A stretch of 63,984 nucleotides of DNA, filler included, from Lenisia limosa (Eukaryota > Protista > Breviatea), in assembly GCA_001655205.1 (NCBI GenBank). It is 10 parts of 10 records of this genome, joined end to end, with 100 filler letters (N's around TTAATTAATTAA, not from the genome) between each part and the next. Parts side by side here need not be neighbours in the genome. Positions count along the whole stretch, not along the records: positions 18,096 to 27,923 come from LPNZ01009050.1; positions 28,024 to 39,131 come from LPNZ01011355.1; 8 more parts are not named here. One strand, 5' to 3'. The notes under the pieces were generated by a model. That model saw nothing but the letters and a program-made list of their open reading frames with translations. It made no database searches and was not told the DNA's origin. This document shows, one piece after another, positions 24,310-37,100 of this stretch (the stretch's first letter is position 1; every line of letters begins with the position of its first letter). The position numbers were made by a program, and so were the translations under genes.

Positions 24310-27300
24310 ATGGTCCGCCGCCGTCAGACTACTACACCACACTTAACGTTGATCGGAGCGCGTCAAGTGACGAGATCAAGAAGGCGTATTACAAGGTGAG
24401 TAGCTACTGCATTTTGGGGATTTTGTTGGCTTTCACTTTTATTTGAAAAAGGACAAAATTGACAAATCCTATCGATATTGACAGTCTTTGTGGGACTGGA
24501 GTGAAGCCCTATTAATTTTGCATTGGATTCTCGTTTTTCTTGATTTTGTAAGGGGAAATTGACAAAGTAAACACAAAAAAAGCGGAAGTGTGTTTGTGAA
24601 CAAACTATACTGTCATCACAATAAAGTCAAGTATACAGTAACCCATTAACCAACTCTGAGAAGCGAATTGGTAACATCTGAAATGCGAACATATCCTTCG
24701 AACAATTGTCGAGCCACCTCTGAGTGGTGGCTCCCATAAATACCTACGAACCTCTTAACAATTGAAAACCCACACCCACATTATTGGGAGAGTGCTGAAT
24801 TCGCTTGGTCGAAAAGGTGGCAATGAGGCGTGGACCAAGGTGGCTAATTTGATCTTACCATCACCTTGGGGAAGGACACCTTCTTTCTCCTCTACAACAA
24901 AATCTGATGACTAACTATAGTTCGCATTTTCCAAGCGCTTTCAATAAAGCCTAATGAAAATGTCATATACAACTGAGAGGGAAGTACTGCTCTAGCACTC
25001 CACAACACTGAGAGGGAGAAGCAGCTGAATTGAGGGTGGGGGAGTGATGTTGGGCTGCAGCTTTTGCTTGCAAAAGGCCTTTAACTAAAATGCAGAAGTT
25101 ATACATTTTCAACCTCCCCAAATGAACGAAGCTTCTTCCCGTGCTCAGTACCTCTGTCGCGGTCCTTGACCTTTGTAATTTGATTCATCATTTTAACGGA
25201 GTGATGGGATACGGTACCACAGAAGCGACTGCCTGGCTTTGTTTGTTTTGTTTTCAACCCTCTTGTGATGTAATCCAACATAATTGATTTTGAGCTTTTT
25301 TTTTGTTTACAATTTTCCCATTTACCCACTTCCCCCCAGCAAGCCAAAACGCTGCATCCCGACCAAAATAAAGATGACCCGAAAGCCCAGGAGAAATTTG
25401 CCGAGGTAAATGCCGCTTATGAGGTGGGCGGGGCGCCGAAGCTTGGTTTTGTTTGTTTTCAACCCACATGTGTCAAATGTTGACCCACTCGATTTAGGCT
25501 TTTTTTGTTATGAAAATTTCCTTTGAAATTTAAGAATTGGACGATTGCCTTCTTTATTTCATAAATTTCGGTCTCCCCCATCAAAAACAGAATTTCACCC
25601 CCCCATAAATTTCCCTTGTTTCACCCCCGATGGGATGCGGTGCTGCATTAGCGACTGGCCTGGGCTTTGTTTGCTTTGTTGTTATCAACCCTTGTGTGTT
25701 GCCAGCCACAGAGTTGATTTGGGCTTCTTTTTTGTTTGTTTCACAAATTGCCCAATCTTACCCCCAGGTTCTTAAAGATGAAGAGAAACGACAGCTCTAC
25801 GACCAGTTCGGCGCTGAAGCTGCCGAACGCGGCACACCGCCGCCGCAGAACCCCTTTGGCGGGTTCCAGGTGGGGCTGATGATCTATTATATAATAGGCT
25901 CGTTTTCATATAATACTTAGTACTGGTGGGGGCTGATTTTCTGTTAGCTATGTAATAAAAGAGACTAACTCGGTTTCATACTTCTTACTGGTGGTGGCTA
26001 TACTTCGTACTGAGCTATTATCTAATATTGGAAGTAGGGGAACGTTAGCACTTTCTCGTTTTCATTCAGCCAGCAGAGTTGTTTTTCATAAATTTTCCAA
26101 TTTACCCCCCCCCCCCCNNNNNNNNNNNNNNNNNNNNNNNNNNNNNNNNNNNNNNNNNNNNNNNNNNNNNNNNNNNNNNNNNNNNNNNNNNNNNNNNNNN
26201 NNNNNNNNCTTCATGCACAACCAAGGTCCGCCAAAACGCAGGGGAGGCGGGCCTCTTCATGGCGCCGACGTAGAGGTGCGCGTGAGGGTTAAGATGATAA
26301 GATGTTTCTAACAATTAAATGAAGCTGTTTTATTTGGGTTATTCAACACTGGAATCCACATTTGATTGTAAAACTTGCTCTGTTTTGATAATGTGACTAT
26401 TGTAATATAACAGTTATATTACAATTCTGCTTCTAACATCTTTTTTTTACCTATGATGGATAATCCGCAGTTTTCAATTGNNNNNNNNNNNNNNNNNNNN
26501 NNNNNNNNNNNNNNNNNNNNNNNNNNNNNNNNNNNNNNNNNNNNNNNNNNNTGGTATCGAAAGACCCATAACATTCAGTGCACCCCAGGTCTGTGCTACT
26601 GGGAAGTCTGATCTACTACGTGGACATAAAATATATTGCTTCAATGTTGATGGAGTTGATATTTCATTAATTTCCTTTCCGCGCTTGTTATATTTTTGCA
26701 TTTATTTGCCACAATTGTGTGTTTTAACATAAGATTGTAAGTTCTATTTATATTATGTTTCAATCAAATCAAAAACAGTATTCATCGCTCCCCCCTCCCT
26801 GCTCAGCCAACAGAGTTGATTTTGTTTTACCAATTCCTTTCATCAACTTTCCAGTTTACCCCCCCCCCCNNNNNNNNNNNNNNNNNNNNNNNNNNNNNNN
26901 NNNNNNNNNNNNNNNNNNNNNNNNNNNNNNNNNNNNNNNNNNNNNNNNNNNNNNNNNNNNNNNNNNNNNNNNNNNNNNNNNNNNNNNNNNNNNNNNNNNN
27001 NNNNNNNNNNNNNNNNNNNNNNNNNNNNNNNNNNNNNNGGGGGGTGGTGTATGTTCAGTGAGGGAGAGGGTCGGATTTATATTGTGTGTGTGTGTGTGGA
27101 GTGATACATTATATCATTGTATAGCTATATCGATATATAGAGACCAGGGTAAGTCTTGACCGATTTGTTATGTGATTTCTCAAAGAAAATCACTCAAGAC
27201 TTATCCCAGTCACTGTAAATGTAGCAAAAACAGTAGAGAAATACATATGCATATGATATACACACTGTACATATGGATATGACATCATATTCTGACCCTT

Positions 27301-27863
27301 TAGGTGGTGCGGCAACAGGGATTCTTTGCCGTCAATGTCCCATGCCCAACCTGCAGAGTGGGGGGCTTGTAGAGGGGGAGCCATAAATTTTTCAATTTTA
27401 CTCCCTCAGGCCAGTATTCTTCATCAAAATGTTCTTCGTTTACTCACTGTTTACTCACCCCCCCCCCCCAGNNNNNNNNNNNNNNNNNNNNNNNNNNNNN
27501 NNNNNNNNNNNNNNNNNNNNNNNNNNNNNNNNNNNNNNNNNNNNNNNNNNNNNNNNNNNNNNNNNNNNNNNNNNNNNNNNNNNNNNNNNNNNNNNNNNNN
27601 NNNNNNNNNNNNNNNNNNNNNNNNNNNNGCCATTTCTCCATTTCCTTGATTCCAGGTGTGAACTGCCTTGACCAGACATTATTTATCCTGATTATCTCCA
27701 CATTCTGTAGCTGATGCAACTAATGTAATAGTCGCGGTCAGTCCAACTTCGCGTCCCGGCCGGAGTGGATACGGGCCGCATTCTGAGATTGGGCGGTCTT
27801 GGCGGTGCGGGAATTAGAGGAGGCGTGGATGGAGATCTGTTTGCTCACATTTCCGTTGCTACG
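24310..27863 (+). CDS. Type I DnaJ/Hsp40, DNAJA3/Mdj1-like (partial)
   Basis: [66 protein letters not shown]; G/F region; [13 protein letters not shown] (Zn finger); [32 protein letters not shown]. Mitochondrial type inferred from the YY/NKDDPKA pattern. Confidence 0.9.
25201..25339 (+). repeat. Family 3 copy ending at the DnaJ acceptor
   Basis: GTGATGGGATACGGTACCACAGAAGCGACT...TTGATTTTGAGCTTTT...TTTACCCACTTCCCCCCAG|CAAGCC. Confidence 0.85.
25629..25767 (+). repeat. Family 3 copy ending at the DnaJ acceptor
   Basis: GATGGGATGCGGTGCTGCATTAGCGACTGGCCTGGGCTTTG...ACAGAGTTGATTTGGGC...TTACCCCCAG|GTTCTT; a degenerate copy also opens this intron at 25424. Confidence 0.9.
26060..26117 (+). repeat. 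Family 3 3' half
   Basis: CAGCCAGCAGAGTTGTTTTTCATAAATTTTCCAATTTACCCCCCC then gap. Confidence 0.75.
26790..26869 (+). repeat. Family 3 3' half
   Basis: CAGCCAACAGAGTTGATTTTG...CCAGTTTACCCCCCC then gap. Confidence 0.75.
27138..27215. mobile_element. MITE family 4 (78 bp, Tc1-like CAGTG end)
   Basis: TA|TAGAGACCAGGGTAAGTCTTGACCGAT...TCAAGACTTATCCCAGTCACTG|TA; homologous to 57869-57946. Confidence 0.8.
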
Positions 27864-27967
27864 GTATGAGGGGGGGAGAGGTATTACTTTGTTGTCTACT
27901 ATTGCCATACCGTTCTGGGGTTANNNNNNNNNNNNNNNNNNNNNNNNNNNNNNNNNNNNNNNNNNNN

Positions 27968-27979
27968 TTAATTAATTAA
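27968..27979. other. Artificial scaffold linker
   Basis: TTAATTAATTAA within N run. Confidence 0.97.
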
Positions 27980-28023
27980 NNNNNNNNNNNNNNNNNNNNN
28001 NNNNNNNNNNNNNNNNNNNNNNN

Positions 28024-29687
28024 GCTCAATCACAATTATCAGCCCCAGTGCCAGGTAGCACACGCTGTGGACCTGAGGAGTTATCTTTTCAAACAAATGA
28101 CAATTGGCGTAAGATAATTATTCAAAAAAAATATTCCTAAATGTCTTACCTCGGCGGAGATGTGGACTTTTGCACCATCCAGANNNNNNNNNNGTGAAGA
28201 GAACCTAAAATATTTACTGGTGATTGTATTTTCATCTAAACCGAAGTAGTAAATTTATTCGACCATTTTAATGACTCAACAAACCTGATGACCGCAGAGC
28301 ATTCCGTTAGAAGTATCAATACGAGCATTTCTCTTGACTGCATCCTTTATATCGGATTCGGCAGCAACAGCTTCCCCTGGCTTGATCGAAACAACGCGTT
28401 CACCCTGTTGAGTAAGTGAAGTATCTCAAAGCACTTATGTTTACTTGAATCCATGTAAAACTCTTTAACAAATGCAAATAAGAGGAAGATAATAAAAAGC
28501 AAACATTGTCTCAGTATTCACTACGGTGTGGTGGAATTGGTCACCAACCTACGCAAGTATTAAAAAAAACAAAAATGAAGATTTCACAATATTAATCCAT
28601 CAAACTTGGAGGAAGTGGGAGGTAAAGGGAGGCTCAATCACAATTATCAGCCCCAGNNNNNNNNNNNNNNNNNNNNNNNNNNNNNNNNNNNNNNNNNNNN
28701 NNNNNNNNNNNNNNNNNNNNNNNNNNNNNNNNNNNNNNNNNNNNNNNNNNNNNNNNNNNNNNNNNNNNNNNNNNNNNNNNNNNNNNNNNNNNNNNNNCAT
28801 TTTCTTGGGCTTTGGAGACCATTGTTGGGGATGGAGCGTAAAGCGTGGGGGTGATGTGGTCTGGATTATCTGTATACCACTCATCATTGTGCTTGTCTCC
28901 GCACTTCGTGATCTTGATAGGAACGGGTGCTACGGTCTCCACCACGGCTGAGAGCATATTTCACTGCGCCTTCACCACGACAATGACTGAAGCAGGGGCG
29001 TACTCTCCGGTCATTCGTGAGCAGGGGAGAAGGCAGTTTCATCCCCGAAGAAACCGTCCTGCATTTTTTGTTAGACACATTTGAGTTCCGTTACCAAAGA
29101 ACGGAAAAAGGAAAACCCCTCATACAATTGCAGAAAAAGGAAAGTTTTCAATAGCGGAAAACGGCTGTATTCACATGCCCATCATGCAATTCGCTCTCTT
29201 GGCCAGAACCCATCCAACAGAAACAAGCAGAAGGCTGTGGCAACTGCCAATGGAGTATGTACCACGATTGAGGCGGTGATCACCAAGGCAATTACAGCTG
29301 CACGACATAAACGTGATAGAAGCTTCGGCAAAGGTTTGTCAATAATTCGAAGATGGGGTTTTTATTCACCAACAGTTGACAANNNNNNNNNNGTGTGTTC
29401 TTTTTTTATATACTTCCTCTCAGGTCTCGAAGTTCTCCAAGAGCCATATGATGACTTCAACACCTACTACATGAAGAAAGCGAAAGCACAACTTGATGAT
29501 ATTGAGGAGGTCTTCACGACTCTTACCAAGGTGGGAAGAATAATTCAATTTGCTACGGTACTCCGATGTCTTATAACGCGCCATTTTGATTGTTTATTAG
29601 GATCTTCAAGAAGAGAATGATGACAATTTTGATGAACTTATGAAGACCAGCAATGAACTTCTCACTCAGTCAGTCCCAGACTCGTGA
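28024..29687 (+). CDS. Unidentified protein, helical C-terminus (5' partial)
   Basis: Final exons splice in frame: ...IEAVITKAITAARHKRDRSFGK-GLEVLQEPYDDFNTYYMKKAKAQLDDIEEVFTTLTK-DLQEENDDNFDELM...VPDS stop. Upstream exons ambiguous. Confidence 0.5.
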
Positions 29688-29699
29688 AAGCTTAACTGC

Positions 29700-30320
29700 T
29701 TCTTCTGGCTAAGGTATTAAGATAAAAGTAACAGGGGAGGGGGGGGGTGATCATACATTTTGTTTTATCGCTCATCCCAAATGCTTGTGGAATCAATATG
29801 TTGAGCTCGACAAACCTGGGTATGAGCCCTTCTGTTGTCATCAGGGTCGTCAGCTCCAGGAGGGTAGGCTTCAGTCATGATTTCAGAGGCCTTCTTTGCA
29901 TTTCCACGGTTCTTAGTATCATGATATTGAAGTGTGTTAACAACTTCATTTTGGGTCATTGAGTAGCCTAACTATAACGATAAGCCAGAATAGGCAAAAT
30001 AACAACAGTGAAAATCCCTCCACAAACCTGCTTTGAAGTCTTGAAGACGTCTTTCGTCTTAGTCACAGCTCTGCTGGATCGATTGTAGGGCGCTCACATG
30101 ATGGCTTGTAGAAAAATTGCCATCGGTGTCAATACAGCGATAAGCATCGCGAGGGAGGGACTCATTGAGCCCAGATTGCTCAATATATCTTGCAATCGAT
30201 ACCTTCTGATAGACCGTCAGTTTTAAGGGGTTTGGAAGGCTTATTTCCTCTTGACCAGCTCTTCAACTGTTTTTCTGTTGGCCCGTTACTCTCCNNNNNN
30301 NNNNATTTTCGTATCTCTCG
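29700..30320 (-). CDS. Unidentified multi-exon gene fragment
   Basis: Exon GYSMTQNEVVNTLQYHDTKNRGNAKKASEIMTEAYPPGADDPDDNRRAHTQ bounded by AG/GT. Confidence 0.35.
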
Positions 30321-31169
30321 AGCAAAATGACAATATTATCAATAAGAGTACAAACTAAAAGGATAATGAGCTTGAAAAATGACTTTTTATAAAAAAATAA
30401 AGGGGGGGGGAGTGTATTTTTACTGGGCACAATTTTTTTAGAGATCACCCCCTGATCATGTTGCATTTTCAAATTTGAATTTTTTTTCAGTGCCTTCCTT
30501 TGCCTTCCCTCTGTATAAAAGCCACCTATGAATACGTTAATTTGGACAGGAAAAGTAACCATGACTTTTTCCTTTTTTAAACGAAACTACCTCTTGCTGA
30601 TAGGTGTTGAAATTTTTAGATCTGCTAATTCTCACTAAAGTNNNNNNNNNNNNNNNNNNNNNNNNNNNNNNNNNNNNNNNNNNNNNNNNNNNNNNNNNNN
30701 NNNNNNNNNNNNNNNNNNNNNNNNNNNNNNNNNNNNNNNNNNNNNNNNNNNNNNNNNNNNNNNNNNNNNNNNNNNNNNNNNNNNNNNNNNNNNNNTAATT
30801 GTGGAAGATGCATCGAGATATTCAGTCGTTATGAAGTCTTTACCATCGTAGAACTATGTTAAACATACAATGTTAAAGATATTCACTTGAAATATATGTA
30901 TTCTACTCTGCTAGCTCATATGATATCCTCCGGTAATATATACAACTTGCATGTTGAAATAATTCTCTTTCTTCTTGGGCAATGTCACAAAAAAACAGAT
31001 TTCCTCATTGTATAAGCAATGAACCAAGGTTGGGTTTTGTTCTCTGAACATATCCACAATATTCACTATTCCAGAATCAAGCGTAACCGACTCCACCGAT
31101 ACATTTAGCCTCCAATACAGTAGGAGGGAATTTGGTTTAAACAAGACTGAAAATCGGAAATATTTTCTT

Positions 31170-34100
31170 GGGCACAGATTTTAGCGATTTATGACCAAAA
31201 TCAGCTTTTTTCTGGATATGGAGCTCGGCTCAAAATATAATTAATCTTGTTTGAAGACTTACTTTAATTGCGCTCTAGAGGACAGACTTCGGTCGCTGGT
31301 TCTTGCCAAAGGCGAAATGGAGCCGAATTACTTCATGGGGTATCAGTCGTTGAAAGGCCTACTGTATATTGATCCGACCATTGTGGCTCTTAATGGTAAG
31401 GAGGGTTTAGTAGGGCTTCATTTTTCGAGGATTTATTAAGAAATTCAATCTTTTTTGTGAATGTATGGAAGCCCTAAATCAATTGGGGCTAATTAAAGAT
31501 GGTGGTGCGGGTGGGGGGAGGGAGTCTAATTGTACTATTTATGCACTTCGAACTGATTTAGTAATATTTGACGGGATATGGACTGATGAATAGCGTGAAA
31601 ACATATTAGGCTCCGTGTAATTAATTAAAAAAAAATTTTGCAAAATTTGAAGTGTGACATATTGTAATGGGAACTCCATTTCAGACACTTTTGTTTCAAA
31701 ATTTGGCAATTAGTTTCTTCAAAAAATTGATTGCACGGAGACCTAATACATATAATAATCAAGACCACTCATGAAACAAAAGGTTCTGCAACTGATAACG
31801 TGTTGTTAGTTCAAAATATTGATTATTTGAAACTTATGATCATCTCTCACTATTTAGGTAAGCGGAGTGTCGTGTGTCGTGTATGAAGGTGTAAGAGATG
31901 GATTGTTTATTTCTCCTGTTGAAACCTATCACTTCCTTTTCTTATTCGATTATGAAAGTGTAAAGATGTTGAGATCGGTATGTTGAAAGCTAGGATTGCA
32001 GTGTGAGGAGGACAACCATGTTGGACGATTGTGTCTAGGGTTAAAACCCATAACACCTACCCTTCATGGAGCTCTATTGTATATTGAAGAAACATATAGT
32101 TTAGGAGTATAACCTGGGATGAGGAGGGTTTTTCAAATTTTGTGTTAAATCTCAGATGAACTGAAACAGTCTCTTAACATATTTACAATATTAAAATTGT
32201 GTGATTATGTTGCTGCTATCATTGTTTGCATCTCTCTTTACTGAAATAAAACTATCATTAAACCTGCTACATTTAAGATTATTTTTATTATTATTTTTAT
32301 TTGTTCACTTCTTTAGATTACGGACAGGTGTTGATTGTAAAAGGACAAGGCTCATTTTCTCTTTGTACCTCCTCTATGAAAATTATTGAGCATGTAGGGT
32401 GGTCGATTTGCACCCCATCATCAACCTCTTTTTTTTTTTATCTGTTTTTTGCTGCCCCCACCGTAGTTTAATGGTGTCACATTTGCCTGTCAAACATAAG
32501 TTTTAATTGTGTCAAAAACCAAAAATGATTCAATTGCGTTTTTTTGGCCAGTAGGATATAGTATTCAGTTTCTTCCATCTTCACCGCTTTTGTTTCCCCT
32601 CAGTTACGATTTACACACAGTATTATTCATACAGTGCTCGGGATAAGTACATTTAGTATATATTTAAACACGACTATTCTAACTGATATGTATACATATA
32701 CTAGTATTACGCAACGTCACAATTCAGACACGATACCTGTCGACCTTCACTGGACTTGAGCAATTAGCCAACGTCGTGGTTGTCGATATGAAATACGCTG
32801 ATGGAATGACCGCCTTTATTCTGGGTGGGAGGGGGGCTCAATAAATAGCTGGTTAGAGCCTGCATTCATGGGAATTAACTAGGGCTTCACTTTAGTTCGG
32901 AAAAAGACTGAATTTCTTGATAAATCCTCGAAAACTATCGATTTTACCTGTATTTTTCTAGCCGAAGTGAATCCCTACTCCCCACCCTCCCTTGGGCTTT
33001 TTTTGTGTCATATTTTTCTAATCCCCCCCCCCCNNNNNNNNNNNNNNNNNNNNNNNNNNNNNNNNNNNNNNNNNNNNNNNNNNNNNNNNNNNNNNNNNNN
33101 NNNNNNNNNNNNNNNNNNNNNNNNTTAGTCCCCATTGGATTGACCCCGTCCAGATGATGACTTTCTCATGTGCGGCTGCAACAGCATTGTAAAGCCTGTA
33201 AGTGGGATGTTCATTGTAAAGCGTGTAAGTGGGATATGTCCATTGTAAAGCCTGTACATGGAATGTCAATTTAAAGGATGTAAGTGGATGTCCATTGTAA
33301 ATCCTGTACGTGGGATGTCAATTTAAAGGATGTAAGTGGATGTTCATTGTAAAGCCTGTACGTGGGATGTCCATTGTAAATCCTGTACGTGGGATGTCCA
33401 TTGTAAATCCTGTACATGGGATGTCCATTACATGGGATGTCAATTTAAAGGATGTAAGTGGATGTTCATTGTAAAGCCTGTACGTGGGATATCCATTGTA
33501 AATCCTGTACGTGGGATGGCCATTGTAAATCCTGTACGTGGGATGTCTATTGTAATTCCTGTACGTGGGATGTCCATTGTAAATCCTGTACGTGGGGTCC
33601 ATTGTAAATCCAGTGAGATGTTCATTGTAAATCCTGTACGTGGGATGTCCATTGTAAATCCTGTAGATATAGTTGGGAGAGGGGCAATTATAAAGCCTGT
33701 TGAGGAGGAGATGCCAAGGTTATGGAGGGATTGACCTTGGCTTCGGGTGTTTCCCAAATGCTACCAGAGAGGATTATTATTTTTCCGCTAAAACATTCCT
33801 AATTCACGACCCTCCCCCAGATACATTCTTAATTCACACCCCCCCCCCTAGGATTTCCCCAACACAGCTGCCGATATTTTTGGCCCGGAGCTTGTCAAAT
33901 TGGGCACAGACCGGGTTCTGCACATGACGGATGGTCTTGTGGCTTATGCGTCAAGTGAGGGGATGGTCTTGTGATGCGTCAAGTGAGATGGTCCTGTGGC
34001 TTATGTAAGTAAATGGGGATGGGATGATTGGAGTGGTTGATTGTGTGTTATTTGTGTTGATTTGCGTGGATCCTTTCTCTAGGGCTTCCCTAGGGTCCAA

Positions 34101-37100
34101 TAAAAATGATAAAATATCGATATTTATCGAGGATTTATCGAGAAATTTTGTCTTGGGACCGTAGGGAAGCCATAATTATATCATTCTAATAGAGTATTGC
34201 ATATATCATATAATAATCTGCTTCAAAGTAGAGGAGGGCTAATGCATAAAGTGGGTGGGAATGTACAAACAATTAATTGCAAGGTCTCCTCGTAACTTTT
34301 ATATAGACCGCACTTGTCTTGTTCGCTCAGACCAGAGCACACCTTCTTTGACCCAAGCAATCAACGCTGATCCTGATATAACTGTCACTAATGTAAGCAT
34401 GGTTATTAGGAGTATAAGCATCTTCAATTGTAAGCATGTTTTGTCGCTTTTTTTTTGTATGTTTTTTGGATGGGATGAGTGTGTTTTTTTATTGGGATAA
34501 TACACGCCATTTCAACAACCAATGTAAGCAGGGGTGTTATGAGGATAATATTTTTATGTTTTTTTGGATGAGAGGTGTATATATGGTAGATGTTTACTCA
34601 TATGAATAAAGACTAAAATAGCAAGAAATTAGTAATCACCGCAGGTCCTTGAATTTGACAAGCCTTTTTCGCATCTCTTCATGCCTTCTACGTCATCACT
34701 AGGCTCTTTCGATAGTGAGAGGACCTTTCGTTGAGTTATCAGAGGGGGAAGTATTCACTGCAATAGGTGACATTTTTTTGTCTACAATGTTGTATGGGGG
34801 GGGCGTGGTTCAATTAAATAAACCATAGTTTGTGTGAACGGCAGTTAGCAAGAATAACAGTGTACCATGACAGTTGCTATTCTACCTAGGGTTTTATGCT
34901 AAATTCAACCGTAAATGAAAGATTTTCATTCAATAAGGGAGAAACTATGTTTCCGGGGGCTGATTGCCCACGTTTCTTTTGTACAATCTTTAAATGTAGA
35001 TTAAACACTCAACAGAGTAAATCTACTTTATCACCACTCCCATCCTCCCAACTAAAGAAATGGCTATAATGATCTCATAATCTAGTTTGTTCCGACGACT
35101 GTGTTCCTTCGAGTGGAGTCATAGAGCCGAGCCATGGATTGGTGGGTGCTGGATATATGTAGGAAGAGTCCAAATTCCGAGTTTAGCCGTGGGAGCTTTG
35201 ATTCGCCTTGTATATTCCCAGTGAATTGGAGTCCCCAAACCATAATCATTACGTCATAATATAGACCCAGATTCATGAATTTTGGTCAAAAATATATTTG
35301 GAATGGTAGCTATTGCTTTCTTGCTCCTTCCGATCCTTTCTTATTTTCAAATTCAATTACATTTACTGTTTCCAAAAATTATTAAATATCAAAATTCACT
35401 TCACCTTCAGGATCTGATCTCCAACGCCCGGGCCCTATTCGATGTGCCCTTGACAGAAGCTGGTGGAAGCTGGGTTGTTCAAGTGGGGGGATCATGATTT
35501 TGTGATGGGGGAGGGCTATGTCGTGAAGGAGGTAATACAGTGCTCCGTGCAATTAATTGGAAAATAAATTTCAAAATTTGAAGTGAGACCTATTGTCACG
35601 GGAACTCCTTTTCAGACACTTTAATTTCAAATTTCGTTAATAATTTCTTCATAAAATTAATTGCACAGAATTGAAAGTTTTTTTCAATCAATAATCAAAA
35701 GAGTGCAACAAAAACCTGAAACTGTATGAAACAGTTTCGAACCAAAAGTTGAACGGGGGCATGACTGGTGGAAGGAAGCGGCTAGGTCATAAGTTCTTTG
35801 ACATTATCAATTGATTTTTATCACCTATTAGGCTGGTGGGCGAGTATTCCACAGTTTGTGGCAGGATGAGATCCAAGATGGCTACAACAGAATTGTTGTG
35901 AGTTTCCTGAAGCTTCCCCCGGGAGAATATGTGGGTTCATTTACATTAATTAAATTTGCTGTTTAACCTATATAATATTCAATTTTCTATATTTGACATA
36001 ATAATTGATATTAGTATTGCAAGTTCTTTGTTGTGTTAAAATCGCCTATATTCGTGAATAGTTGGACTGATACTGTCTTACATTGCACATCTCACTTTAT
36101 TAGATCTATTTTGTGTTTTTCAAGTTATGTTTCAGCGAAGTCTATTTATTGACGATTTAGGAATTTCTTTTTAAGTACGACAAAATGGTCTTCAGCAAAA
36201 CATTTAAGGTCTGTGGTTCAATGACTCCACGACGCAATGACGGGATTATGAAATAGTTGACATTATTTAAATGGGAATCCAAATTCCAAATGTGAACCCC
36301 AATTAAAATTGCCTCACTGCCAAGTACTAGGCCTCCGTTTGAATAATAGTTGTTTGCTAAAACTAATTGAATATATTGACAATTAACGGTCAGAATTTGA
36401 CATAAGACGTTTTGATAAGGCGTGTAGGTTCTAGCTCCTCTCCCGGAACTTATTGCTCCATCCTCTGCTATGCTTCCTGATGTGGGAGGAGTGAATTTAG
36501 CTAATAAGGACTAAGCGTAATAAGTAAGGTTTCGTACAATTAATTGAAAAATTAATTGCACAGCGTCCTGTGACACGCATATTAGGCGCTATATTTGGTA
36601 AATCATGTCAGAACTTGTTGCTGTCACTTTTGTAACCGTTTACATTTAGTCAATCATGGCAGGTGTTATCGCGTTTTTTGTATTCTAGCCACTCTAACCT
36701 ATGGAGTTCATTCTCAAATGGAAGGTGCCTCAACCGGACTTCAACGAAACTGTTATTTGCCATATTGTCTCATGGGTTTGTGGAGTGTTATAAGCATAAT
36801 TATGCATATGACGATGTTTAAGTAGTCTGGTGAGTCACACTTAAAGCTGTGTTCAGTTGTAGGGCAAATTGTTGGGTGAATTAATATTATACTATAATCC
36901 AATATATCTTATAAGCGTGATGGTGTGGACGGGTTCGGCCAGATACTACCTTATTTTTTATTTCTCATTACTAAATATGTATGCTATATCCAACATCGCC
37001 TAGAAGCGTGATTGGGTTAACTGTTGAAGGAAGTACCATGATTGTGCCTCTTTTTACAGCTCTTTGTTACAATTTTGGGCTTCACTTCGGTTAAAAAAAA

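Noticed and set aside
28024-28656. Duplicated GCTCAATCACAATTATCAGCCCCAG at 28024 and about 28632 as exon duplication
   Set aside because: Both copies abut gaps; most likely an assembly overlap.
31270-31396. ATG4-like YFMGYQ...LYIDP motif
   Set aside because: Catalytic His is absent (DPT), no other ATG4 motifs nearby, and flanking exons belong to an apparently extracellular protein.
33185-33667. CRISPR-like array
   Set aside because: Units are head-to-tail with no unique spacers, no cas genes, eukaryotic context.
33318-33757. Overlapping ORFs on both strands with 9-aa repeats (SIVNPVRGM / FTMDIPRTG)
   Set aside because: By-product of a 27-bp unit length in an intronic minisatellite; frames break at variant units.
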